NCBI RefSeq assembly: GCF_002571385.2
Contig: NW_019218198.1
Span: 73,933 to 137,932, forward strand
Origin: Stylophora pistillata
Taxonomy: Eukaryota
Reading direction: 5' to 3'
DNA length: 64,000 nucleotides
Under the pieces are notes generated by a model. The model worked only from the letters and a program-made list of their open reading frames with translations. It was not told the origin of the DNA and searched no databases. Positions within the stretch are counted from its first letter, which is position 1; every line of letters starts with the position of its first letter. Positions 23,483-36,144 of the stretch are shown one piece after another. The translations under genes and the position numbers were made by a program.

Positions 23483-26400
23483 ATGACGTCCCAGTTGGGC
23501 CCTATAGGTACGAACAGTACAACGCAAGCAGCGCCTAGACAAGCAGGTAGTAAGAGAAAACGCTCGCAAACTCGTGACCTGTCGCCACCATTGACTCCTC
23601 TATCTCCTTCCTCATCTCATTCAAAGAGAACAGAGAACTCTACATCCGCCTTTGAACTGATCGATTCCGAGGTAAGGATATAAGCTGTATATTCTATAAA
23701 CTAAGTCAAGTGGTACGCCGATCGCTGTTTGCACTTGTCAAAATACACTTGATCCGTTCAGTAGAGCCCGTAAAGAGCTGTTCGATCATTTCACAGACTC
23801 ACTAACCGGCGTCTCTTCGAGTCATCTTATGGCGGTGAGAACATTTCCCAACAGCTTTGAAATCTTCCCTCAATTGCGAACCGATGTCGTAAGTGCGCCT
23901 AGCTAGTGAGGGTCACATCAGTAGCACTAATACATCGCCTGCTATTTTCATACGACAATAGAATTATTAACTCCATATGTGTTTCTTGTTTTGCTAGGAT
24001 CGAGTCCTTGGACTCCATGGTGTAAGCACAGTTAGTGGAACAGGAGTTGTTTCTTCGCCATCTGCCAATGTGACTAGTGCTGGTTTAGGGTCTTCGTGTG
24101 CTCCTCGTCTTTCACACACTCCACCTCACGACTTTGTTCTCTCCTCGCCGATGCAGCCACAAACGCACCAATATTATGCCCCGCAATACAACCCTTTGCA
24201 TTATCAACAACAACAGCAGCCAAGGTTCGACTTCACACACCCTCTCGAACCTTTTCAAGCAGCTCATTCATCACAATTCGGTAATGGTCCCGCAGGATTT
24301 CACCCGGTATCAGCAGGAGGAGCGCATCAACCCATGGCTGGTCCAACACATCCTCAACCTTCACAGCATCAAGGAAGGCATTCTCTCCGAGCCCGCTCTG
24401 AGGTGGAAGCTTTACAACAAGTGCACATGAACCAATTTGCTGGAGCGGCCATGGAACACGCGAGAAGGAGTAGAGAAGAACTTTACTCAGTTAGGCGGCC
24501 TGATGTCTTTGACATAATAGGGCCGGGTAACATTCAAGAATCTCAGGTAAAGTACAATGTCATCTTTTCCTTCGTAGCCACACGCCGCTTATTTTACCTC
24601 CAGTTCTGTGACTCAAAAATATCTACTTTGCGTCAACTGCGCTCCTTGTTTCCTCTCCGCCATTTGCACACTTTGCGACGCAACACGGGAACGACATGCG
24701 ACGGCGAAAAATCTCAAACAACGTTTTACGCAAAATATGAGTCGTAGCGTTTTCCTTAATCACAGAACTGTAACATTTGTGCGACAGATAGAGAGCATTC
24801 TGAGTTACCGCCGAGTACAAGTACCGCATGTACACATATGCGATCAAAAATGTCAGTTAGGTGGTGAATGATGTTTCACAGTCAGCGCGTGTAAGCAAAC
24901 TACATCGGAGATACGACAATCTTAAGGTCATGAACAAGTGACAATTTTGAGTCCCCCGGTCAATATTATCTTTTAAAGCCTGTAGCGTTATTCCTGACGC
25001 GGTTTTAGCCGACACTCAACGCAAATTTCCTCTATATTTTCCTATCTACACATAACTGAGGCTATATTTGTCAGCCCTTCGACAGCCTTATCACATTTTG
25101 GGGTTTCCTTCGAAGCTTATTCGTTATGTTATGAGATGAAAAGTCATGCAGTGTTAGTTTGTTTTTTATGAGTTTACTGGAGTCGTGTAAAAGTTTGATA
25201 ACTAAGAAATTTGCTCCCCACAACTTGGAACAATGTGCGTGTTTTTGTGAAACAGTTGCGGTGATCAATAACACGAGAGCCGGACTGCATAAGTCACGAC
25301 AACAACATCACACAAAGAACTCTCTAAAGCGTGGAAACAAAACCGATTGAACAGCCTGCAATCCTGTGGTTTGAATACAAATAGTTTTCTTGACTTTTGT
25401 TCGCTCCAAACAGTTTCCTCGGCGATTTTGTTGATGTTAATGAATGAAGTTTCTGGGGGCTATTTTCATAGGAAACAAAGCTTTCAAAATGCTAACTACT
25501 CGCTCACCAACCCCTGACAAACGATTTGCTTCACTTAATGTTCTCCAGGTGATAGGTCTTCCAGCTGAATATTACTCGTGGAGAGAAAAAAAGAAATAAG
25601 TATCCTCTAACAAAAGATTTTATGCGTGGCTTGCTCGACACTGTATGATCAAAATTAAAGAAAGTATTTTAAAGAAAAAACATTTAAACGAAGCCTAAAT
25701 TTTCCATCTTGGAGTCGTAAAGTACCCCATGCGGGGAGGAGACGTAAATAAATTCGAAATACTCGGTTATCAGCGAGCTTTTACAACGGAAAAATTTAAA
25801 CACGGGAAAGCGAGGTGAATATCACTTTTCTATCAAAGATTCTTTTCAAGAAGAACATGGAGAGTGATCAGTACACGAGCGAAAAAGCAACGAACACGAA
25901 GGATACACCACCGTAGTAAATGATTTACTTTTTTAGTTTCTAACCGCAAAGAACTATTATATGATCAACGTGTGATGAAGAAAGGTGTTTTGTGTTAAAA
26001 ACGGTAAAAATATATATCACGGTAGCAATCCTTTTGACTATATTTGAGCAAATCTTTTTGTCTTTCTCAACAGCCTTCTCAGTTTTCATCCATGGCGCGC
26101 GTAGCGCAATCAGTAAGTTTCTGTATCGTGGTTCATGGCTCAGTTATGTTTAGACGAACTTAACTCTGGGCTCGCAGTGGGGAGCAATTAATCAAACAAC
26201 CACGGTACTGCTCACCCCGTGAAAAACTCCATTCAAAATATCCGATAGACCGATCGTTTGACACCTTCGTATTCTATCACCAGGCAAATTTAAGCGCTTA
26301 AAGAATTCCTTCTCAATGATCAATGCGCCAGCTGATGTTTACACTCGTACGGCTGTGTTTAGCAGTTTTTTCTATTCGTGTTTCGTTTAATGACATAAAT

Positions 26401-29400
26401 CTTGACCCTAAAGTACTTCACAGCCACTTCTAAAAGTGTGAAATACCACTGTGTTTCCTAATCTCATTTACTTAGTTTGCGTAAAGCTTTAAAAGTGATT
26501 TTGAAGCACGCGAACAAAGCTTTCTATTGATCACCAACGAAGAGCGTTGCGAATATTCCTTCGTGATAATTACGAAACAGAAATTGCAAGTCTCAGGCAT
26601 CCGGCCAAGTCGCGCTCGAGAAATTACAATAAAAGGGCGGAAAGCATTAAATAGATCTGTGGCTTTCAAATAAGAACGAAGCGATTAGCGAACCTATTTT
26701 CAAGCTCAATAACACATTTCTTCTTCAGGCAAAAATGTTTCCTTTTGATCTCCTTGGCGCGCTTTTGTGCGATACTCAAATTTAGAAAGTTGAAATATTA
26801 ACACAGGGCGAATGGTCTTTCGAATAACAATTGCGCAGAAAGGAAAGTGAAGTATTACACAAACTAGAAAAGTTTTTCTAAATATGAGGTGTGTTCTAAG
26901 AATATAAATTTTAAAACTACCTGAATGTATTCTTTGTAATTAGATAAAGAATTAAGATATGTTCTGCACAAGACCCTCAAATACAAGCATTATTAAGATT
27001 TGATTCCTTGATCCAACAGAACCATCGATCCTCGGCTCTGAGCAGTAAGAACGGTGAGCTTCCACATGGACATCACAATTCTCGAGAAAGTAAGCTCAAT
27101 TTCACTTTGCCACTCCCTATAGTTTTAACATTAGCGAGGCTTTTATTTGTGGTGCTAATGTTTAAGAAAATAATTGATGTAAAACAAAAATCCTGAGTGC
27201 TCGTGTGAGTCTTCGATACACCTAAGTTGCCTCAGTTATTGTGCAACAGGGAAAAATATTGTAACATTAAATTTTAGCAACGCAGCGAACAAATCTACAT
27301 CAGTTAATTCAAACGAATAACTTTGTTCGATGAAATTAATATTTAAATCTTAATATTCTTATTTGTGACAACAAAGGACATAAGAAATCTAAGTCATGGA
27401 GTTTTCTCTACTCTTGGAAAAAAAGCTTCAACTCTTTTCTAAGTTTTTCAAGATTGCGGTAAAAATTGAATAATCTTTCTTGATTTCAAATCCTTAAAAA
27501 GCTCTCTGTGAATTCTTAGTAGATAAGCTCAGAGGAAACGGAAAATGTTTATCAGCAGACTTTGCGTAGGACATTCGCTTTATGTTAGTGATTAAAGAAA
27601 GATTTTATACCAAACAAAAACACCATCAATCTTTCCTATCGTTCGCTCCTCGTCAAAAATATTTCTACATCCATAGAAGTTTTCATTTCACTTTTAAAGC
27701 GAAACTTCTTTTCTTTACTATAGCACCATGACAGGTTTTTATAGGTACACCTTGAAATTCAAGTCGTTAAAACCATTTTTTAAAATAAAATAATGTGGTA
27801 AAATTATTTATCTTTTCAATCATTAGTGTAGAGACAATATTTAGCTTTGGTCATCGATCTTCCGTTGACGAGAAATACAACATAAAATATTGAAAGTACG
27901 GATTTACCCACACTACTAAGGCAATCGGTGAATCAAAAATTACATTTACAATTGCGACATCGTAGGGAACTTTAAGCCGCTATGATGAAACAGTATTATC
28001 TATTTAATAACGTAAGGGAAAGCCTCTCCTTGAAATTTTGTTCTTTGTCATTGCTATTAAAAGGTGAAATAATACAAACGATTTATTTTGGTACAAAATT
28101 CAAGGTTTGAACTTACGCAAGACAGATTTTCCTGAGGCGTACAAAAGTAATTTAAAAGTTTGCTTCGTCTCTTGAAATCTTAATTGGCCTATTTTGTGTT
28201 TACTGTTCTCAAATTATTATTTCTTGGGCGTTAAATTCGTCTCTAATATTGGAGTGTTTTCCGTAGACTTTCTGACAAAATTTAGACTTGATAGCAACCG
28301 TTTGTTGAAATTTTTATTCAAATTTTTTCTTGTATGTCTTATCTCATTGTTTCATCGACGAGACTCACAATTTTCTCTTGAAATACACGCTGTGTTTAAA
28401 TGTTTAAGCACGGGTCACCTTGAACCTTCCAGTGACATTCTAGTGATGAGTTTTTTTCTCTACGAAATAACATATTTTAAGTAAGTGAGCAATCAGTCTG
28501 TGGTCGCTGTGGGCTTAAAATTTTGTCAAGAACAGCGTGAGTCAAACTACAAACTTTATTAACAGTGCATCAAAATCTTTCATGATATCCCAATTTATCT
28601 CTTAAGTCTCAACTGGGCATTTTATTTATTTACTTTTGTCATGCTGGCATATTGTCACGAGTTTTAGAGAACTTATCAAAAATTGTCAGTGAACGGTTTA
28701 ATACAGCATAAACGCCATCGGCGACAATTGTATCAGTGCCTCTTAACTGAAATTTTATTCTGTTAAATAGTTTATTGAAACTCGATGTCTTTTCCAAATG
28801 GAGTTCAGGTGTCGGAGTTGTCACTCAAAGACTGTGACTCGACAATTGTTTCACTCTGCACCTTTACAACCTTTAATTTACCACCCGCAGTTTCACTTCT
28901 TGCCTTGGAAAGGCGAGATTTTTTTTAAATATTATACTACTACTACCATTATTATTATTATTGGTATAATTAGTATTATTTCAAAAGTAATTCCTGAGAA
29001 TATTACAACATCTGCCGAAAAAAAAATCGCCCGGAAGCTGTTGAAAGCCGCTTTTTAAGTCGAAAATGAATCAGTGTACAGGTGGGAGACAGAACTATTA
29101 ATATTTCATGATTTAGTTGAAGTCTGTCCGGATATTTTGGCCGCGAGAGAGAGAGAGAACACAGGGTTGTTCATGAGAGTGACAGCATGTTTTATGAGAG
29201 AATTTAAGAAAACCAAATTGCCAACACGTGAATTCTAAACAAAAAAACACCAACTGCCTCAGAGTACAAAAAGATCACGTTATTTAAGTAAGAATCCACT
29301 TTTCCGACTTCTTGTTCCACGACTTCCCTTTGTTCTTTCAAGTTTAATTTCGTTTTTCCTGTCTGTGCTGAAATTTTACTTTTACCAAACGTGTTTTCTT

Positions 29401-32400
29401 ATTTTCCTTTTTTTCTCAACAATATTTACTGACCGACCGGTGAAGATATCTGACCTTGAAGATACATTGTTTATTGCATAAACAAATTATCGGAACTCTC
29501 TAATTTTTCTCAACGGGGGTCCAAAAAAAATTAAAGAACTAAAACAAAACATATCCTTTCCGTAGTAGAATCATTTAAAATCAGATCATTCTTCGCCTAC
29601 TCTATATAATCAGTGTTAGAAAACTGCTCAGTTTCGGTAAAGTTGGCTTGGTGGACATCTAGTTATTACACAATTTAATTTTGAGGAATTTAATATTTCG
29701 AGTAACTGATAGTATCTTCAGAAATTTATGGCAGCAAACAACGCAACAACAAAAATCTCCTCAAGAAAATATAACAGCATATTATCCTTTTAATACATTT
29801 CACCTGTGTGTGTATATATATATGTAAGCAAACAGCCCTAAAAAACAAAACTAAATGAAAGGACTATTTGTGAGCATATCAAGTGCTTTGGACATAATTG
29901 TGTCTCTGTCGGGTTGGCATTTCGTGCACAGTGTTCGAAATGGTTCAACCATGAAACCAACTCAAGTGCTAAAAATACCTTCATAAAACACTGCTTAATC
30001 AAGCTGACGCCATAACAAGTGTTATTAAGATTCTCTAAGTTGTCGGCATCTTTTGTGAATTTCTAATACCGTCGTTATATGCTTGCAACATGTCTTTTTC
30101 GAGTTCCTTAATAGTTTGTATACTGACAGGGGCGGAACGTTTTCTTACATTGCTGTTTGACCACATTTACCAAACAAAAAGGAAGTTCTGCTTTGTCTAG
30201 TTTTGAAAGCGACCATTTTTCAAAGTCACATTTTTTACCGTATGTGTGGTCGCCAAGTGCTGTGTGGCACAGCCGGCAGACAAAAACTCGAGTTTAGCCT
30301 TTCAAATAATCACTATGTTTTTTCAGCCCTCCCATTATTCATTTTCATATTTCAAAGCCTAAGTGCTACCTAGTAACGTGTTAAAAGTAACATGGAGACA
30401 CTTTTACCTCTCGCCTTTATTGTTCTAAGACTGATGCAAATTACCGTTACTTGCTTTTACGTGCAAAGTATGTGTTATTCATTGGTAACTCTGCAACAAG
30501 TTTAGACTGAATGTGTTAATTTTTCACCACACTATAGGTTATTTATGATAAGTGCTAAGTACTACGAGTTGGTTCAAATTAAACCACTTTGGACGAGATT
30601 TTAACGCCACGTTCTTTAGATTGTATAGTGTGTTATTTTAAGCCAGTTTGCCTTGCAGCTATAATACGGTACTTGTTTGGTTAAAATGCTGCCCATTAGA
30701 TGCTTCAGTGATCAACATGTGTAAATTCAGCTGAAGGGAAGAGCTTTTTGAGCCTCGTTTTACATATGCCATTGTCTTCCGTTAGTCTGCGTTTTGGCAT
30801 CACTCAATGACACATTTCCAAACGAATGATTTTTGAGAAAGTTCCAATAATACCTCGATAAAATAATTTTTCCACTTGCCTTGAGCATTACTTTCCATTT
30901 TATTTCAATTTTTTATCAGATACGTTTCAATTTTTTATCTCAGTGTTAATACAGTCAGTGTTCATTTTGACTAGTTTCTATCAGTGCAAGTGAGATTGAT
31001 CTAATACCAATCATGACAGTCTTGAGTCAGTCATGTCCCTCAAACAATTCTCTGAAAAGATTAATAGCGAGCAGCACGGCCTGGGGGAGAAGGAGGGAAC
31101 GTTCCACAAATCACTACTGGTTGTTTGGAACCTTTTAGAAAAAAATCCTGAATCTTTTTACAGAATAAAACTCTATGATTTTGGAACTGCGTTATTCCTT
31201 TCAAACGCATGAATTTTCATTTCCTCCAAAAAATAAGGAAAATAATAAAAAAATTAATAACCTAATACACTGTACCCCTTCTAATTAAATGTTTAATCCA
31301 TAAATTTTTTGCTATACATCCGAGTTTATCCATTTGTGTCAAACCAACAACTGGATAATTCGTTGTTGATGAGTGTTTGTCGTTTGTTTTGATCAGTACC
31401 GGTTCCGAGGGCTTTATTCTTAAAGCTCAGACTCATGCTTACAAATGATCGTTATTTTATAAACTTTAATAAAAACACAGTGCAATATTTGAAAGCTTGT
31501 GGATATTAAAGTAGGGCTTTGTTCTCACCGCCGGAAAATATTTTCCAGATTTAAAAGCCACCAGTACATCGAAGAGGCGTAACCAACCTTTGTTCCCCGA
31601 ACATTTTAAATCGTTAGAAATATTGTAATAAACCTGGCGTTAAAAAATAACAGCTAAAAATTTCAGCTGATTTTTTTAACTTTCCCTCCGGCCATATTTC
31701 ACTTGATTTAAATCTGTGCTCTTAAGAAAACATGGTACGACTGTTTTCGTTGTCGATCACTTTTCGTTTGGTTCCAGTATTTTCTCGTGTTCCCAGCTGA
31801 AATCACATAAAAAAGCTTTATAAGTTAAAACTTAGCATTCATTGGGCGTTTGTGGTACCAAACAAAAACCTTCAAGGTGTTTTTCTAAAAAGAAAAACAT
31901 TTCAACTTAAAAACGTGAATCGTACTAAAGAACGTGAAAAAAAGGAAGCCTGTAAAAAGTCAGTAGTCAAAATAACAAGTGTCGAAGAACGTGACTTGCC
32001 ATAATACATAGTTTCTTACAAAATAAACAAATAAAGATGGGTGAAAACGGAAGTGTACTTCGAAAATATGTAAAAACAAAAAGGGACACAGTGGAAAAAA
32101 ACGTGAATTCCAATTTAAGCGAACAAAACAAATAAGAAGTGGAAGAACTGGTCCAAAACATTCTACAGCATCACGTTAAAATGGCGTGTTTACGATACAC
32201 GTACGATGAAACGTTAGTGACACTGGAACGCATAAATATACGAATTTTAGTAAAAGCGGGAATAGATTTGTTTTGCAATAAAGAGAGAAAAATTTGACAT
32301 TTATGCTGCACAAATACGGTGGCCCAGAAGGTTCAACGCAAACAAAAAATATACTCAGCAAATAAAAAATATACTGCAGCAAATAAAAATATACTGCAGC

Positions 32401-35400
32401 AAATAAAAATATACTGCAGCAAATAAAAATATACTGCAGCAAATAAAAATATACTGCAGCAAATAAAAATATACTGCAGCAAATAAAAATATACTGCAGC
32501 AAATAAAAATATACTGCAGCAAATAAAAATATACTGCAGCAAATAAAAAAATCAGAACGCAAAGAAAAAAGTACCCCATGAACTGGAACTCGCTTTTGGC
32601 TATGGACGAAAGCGATCTGCGTAGGATTATAGAAGATTACTTTCATCAAGGGTATGAAAATAGAGTTATTATCGATTTTTTAAAGGAGCAGCATGGTACT
32701 GTCATAAGTTCGCTACAAAACATGGTTTCGGAAAGGTGAACAAGCAAAGGATAGAACGAGTGTTGGCGGGAAACTAAGAACTATTACCCAGTCTTCCTTG
32801 GCGTTGCGTTCCAATTTTTTTGTTTGCGTTTTCTTTTTTTTTTTCTGTTTGCGTTGCATATTTTATTTGCTGCAGTATTTTTGTTTGCGTTGCATTTTTT
32901 ATTTGCTGCGGTACTTTTTTTCTTTGCGTTTTGATTTTTTTATTTCTTGCAGTATATTTTTTAGTTGCTGCAGTATATTTTTTATTTGCTGCAGTATATT
33001 TTTTATTCGCTGCAGTATATTTTTTGTTTGCGTTGAGCCTTCTGGGCCACCGTACACAAATGGGTGGAAAGATTAGAATTCCACTTGATGTAGAAACGGG
33101 CTTACCTAACGGTTTGAAAGCTAAATTGAAAATCTGGAAGTCCTGGATTCTTGTAATCAAAGGAGGGGTGCTAAATACATGCATTCGTTTTTTTTTTTTT
33201 TTCAACTAGATCTTATAATAGCACGAGGCTTTCCATCAATACTTTTTGGGTGATAATCCGTGTCACTCATGTTCCAACTCACACAACGATGCACGGTGGC
33301 AACAATTTCCAGAGCCTGTTCAAACTTATTTTGAGCGATAAACCGCTGCAAACTTTCCTTGTACTGAGCACTTAGCAAAAACCACTTAAACACTTATCTG
33401 GAATAGAATTTGACTTAAACTATTCAAAAATAACCGATCCTGTTAAGTTTCTTTGTCAAGTCTTTTAACCCAGCAAATTCTTTCTTTACTAGTTTTTTTT
33501 TTTTCTTGGCAAACATATTCGTTCATAACCTTACATAAACTCGTCGTAATTTTCCAATTACGCTACAGGTGAATGCTTCTCAAGAAAAACTTAATGTACA
33601 AATCTCTTCCAATCACGATTTTCGTCCTCATTTTGTATAGGTCACAGCAACAAAGCAAAGCAGATTGAGCGTGATTCCCGCGAGGAGGCAGATTCCGACA
33701 GTCCTGTCCATCCTTCCGATGTGTTCTGCTGTGTTCCAGGCCGATTGTCCCTTCTAAGTTCAACCTCAAAATACAAGGTCACTGTAGGAGAGATACGTCG
33801 GAGACTTTCTCATCCCGAGTGTTTGAATGCTTCGCTGTTGGGTGGAGTGCTTAGGAGGTAAATTCAAGGTCTAATTTCTCTTTAGCGGGTCAATACATTT
33901 ACGAGGAAACAGGAAGTCGGAGTAACCAAAGAATCAACGTAGAATATTACTGGCTACTGAAACCAGTTAATAATAGTAATAATAATCGAATATTTATCCA
34001 GGATAGCCCTTCAGTACCAAGTACTACTATCAACGGGGTCCTGCTGTTAACAAATATTTAACATAATTATAACATAAATAAGAATAAACAAAAATATTTA
34101 AAGAAGACATCCACTAGATTAAAACCGTTAACGGAAATCTTTAAACAAAGGTTAGTTACTTGGGTAGATGAACACCAACAGAGCAATAATAAAACAAAAG
34201 GGAAAGCGCGCTGCAAAGTACGGAAAAGAATAGCACGAATGATAACCAAATTTGTTTTTCGTTAGGCCAAACTGTTCAAGATACAGAGGTTACGATTAAA
34301 ATTTACTTAAGGCAGACAGGTACTCATATCTTTATCGATGTTTTCAGTAAAGTTAAAAGTAACTCCAACATGGTTTGCTTTCAAATTAGGGCGAAGTCTA
34401 AGAATGGTGGTAAAAGTTTGCGTGACAAATTAGAAAAGATCGGTCTGTCACTTCCGGCGGGAAGAAGAAAAGCAGCTCAAGTCACGCTACTTACGTCACT
34501 TGTAGAAGGTAACTTTGGAAAATCATGACTTCATAATAATAATTTAAGTTGAACATTCTGAACTTAGGTTTTGATCGTTTGACTGTTGAAAGAAATCCGG
34601 ATTTGCTTTTCCTCGCTCTTTCATTGGTTCAGAAAACTAGCGCCATCCTTACAACCAATCAGACGTAAAACCAATATCAAACGCTTCTGGATCATCCGCG
34701 TTTTCCCGCGTTTTTCGTAGTTTACCTGTTTTTACCATGAGTTCTCATTGGTTAATGACGATGGTATCCTTTTTATGATTGGTCATTGGTTGGCCACAGT
34801 GATGACTTTGGTTTCAGTTTTTCGACGTTCAATTGAAAAGTGTTCTACTATGCTCTGTCATTGGTCTTGAAAGTCAGATACAAAACTAAAAACAATCGCG
34901 GCTCAGTCTCCTATTTTCTTGCGCTGCAGACAGTTTTCTCGTAGCGCTATGAGCTAGCAAAGGGTCCTGTGGGTATTTTCCTGATTGCTGTTATGACCAC
35001 TCCAGTTTCGGTTTAACGACAACCTAACCGAACGCGTTATCCATTGTACATTGATCCAAACTTTATCTACAAAGAGGCATTTTTTAACCCTTGGATCCTC
35101 CTTCGTCACCATAGGACGAAATAAGCTTCACTGACCGTCTGTATCTACGTACCCTCTTGTTTAATTTCTCTTTTACAAGATGTAATTTCTGTTTCCCTGT
35201 GACAGGTGAAGCGGCCCATTTAGCTGCTGATTTTGATTACGTGTGTGAATCAGAGTTTCCTGCAGCACAGCTGGCCGAACGACAGTACAGACAACATTCT
35301 GAACCATCAGAACAGCAAGCAAGAAAAAACGCAATTCTTGCAGCAAAGTACGTAACACTTCGTTAATCGAGACTTCAAAGTTCAAGTGATATTCATGAAC

Positions 35401-36144
35401 TTCGTCCCTAGTTAGAAATGTCGTTTTACACCTCAATGTTGACTCTTCCTGGAAACTAACATATGCACAATATCAAAAGAGAATAACGTCCCATGTACCA
35501 CCGTTAGAATTCTTTCTGTATAATCTCGTCTCATTGATATTATGATTTACAAGAAGGTTTTAAGGTGTGTTATACAAATGAGGGCAAATATCTGTCAAAG
35601 CAGCTTGAAGCATGTGCTTGGTGTTTCGTGTTTCGCTTTCTGTTTTTTTAATAGCGCGGAAAGCGAAACGCAAGCCAGAAAGAAGTACGAAACTGACTAG
35701 GCGCGAAACACGCAGACCGGGATAAGAACCAAAAGACAATAATTCATATAATTCGACATTAAAATGGTTCGATGAAGGAGTAGGTGCAAGTCACGTTTAC
35801 AATCATTCATTCTCTAGATGATATCAAGACTTAACAGGCACGACGAAAATGTCTGATTGACGTTACTTTCTCTCTTTTGTAGACAATTGACAAAGGAACT
35901 ACAAGATGTTCTTGCACAGGACCCCTATCCTAAGACCAGGTTACCCAATAGTAACCTGCCGGACTCCATTTTACGTAGCCTTAACCAGTTTGGTTTAGTG
36001 ACCCATGGTTTTGGTTCACCGGCGATAAATGCGGCCATGAATGCATTTCAAGCTTACCTAGGAGAACTGCTTAAATTCCACGAAGGAAACGGAGTCAGTA
36101 CCGGAAGTAGAAATCAAAATATTGTCAAAAACGGCGAGCCCTGA
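23483..36144 (+). CDS. TFAP2: Transcription factor AP-2, ~516 aa, 8 exons
   Basis: Exons 23483-23671, 23998-24546, 26074-26112 (micro, optional), 27020-27053 (micro), 33641-33857, 34390-34508, 35206-35347, 35883-36144; total 1551 nt. Hallmark domain sequences: [86 protein letters not shown], and [10 protein letters not shown]. Confidence 0.96.
32315..33054 (+). mobile_element. Non-autonomous IS3EU-like DNA transposon (internal deletion derivative) in an AP-2 intron
   Basis: TIRs TACGGTGGCCCAGAAGG(T/C)TCAACGCAAACAAAAAATATACT at both ends. 6-bp TSD cacaaa at 32309-32314 and 33055-33060. Subterminal 20-bp tandem repeats aaataaaaatatactgcagc (~9 copies on the left, inverted copies on the right). 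Short internal ORF 32578-32739 ([36 protein letters not shown]) resembles a transposase N-terminal HTH. Confidence 0.85.
33970..34320 (-). mobile_element. Probable 3'-terminal fragment of a CR1/L2-type LINE in an AP-2 intron
   Basis: The minus strand ends in a short stem-loop-like segment (gacccc...gaagggctatcc) followed by taaata and an (ATT)n-like tail at ~33970-33990, with a T-rich UTR-like body. Confidence 0.4.
34560..35030 (-). repeat. Diverged interspersed repeat family (CCAAT/ATTGG-rich); related copies at ~13330-13660 and ~40580-40780
   Basis: The three loci share ttttca..gtcg..aaac..aaccaaagt termini and a ccaatca...gaactca..gtaaa...gggaaa internal pattern; assessed by eye. Confidence 0.5.

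Noticed and set aside
32176-33209. Hydrophobic/Cys-rich ORFs on both strands
   Set aside because: They are products of the 20-bp subterminal repeats of the transposon.
33569-33640. Upstream acceptor (tacag) for the AP-2 DNA-binding exon
   Set aside because: There are stops in all three frames before the conserved domain; the acceptor at 33640 works.
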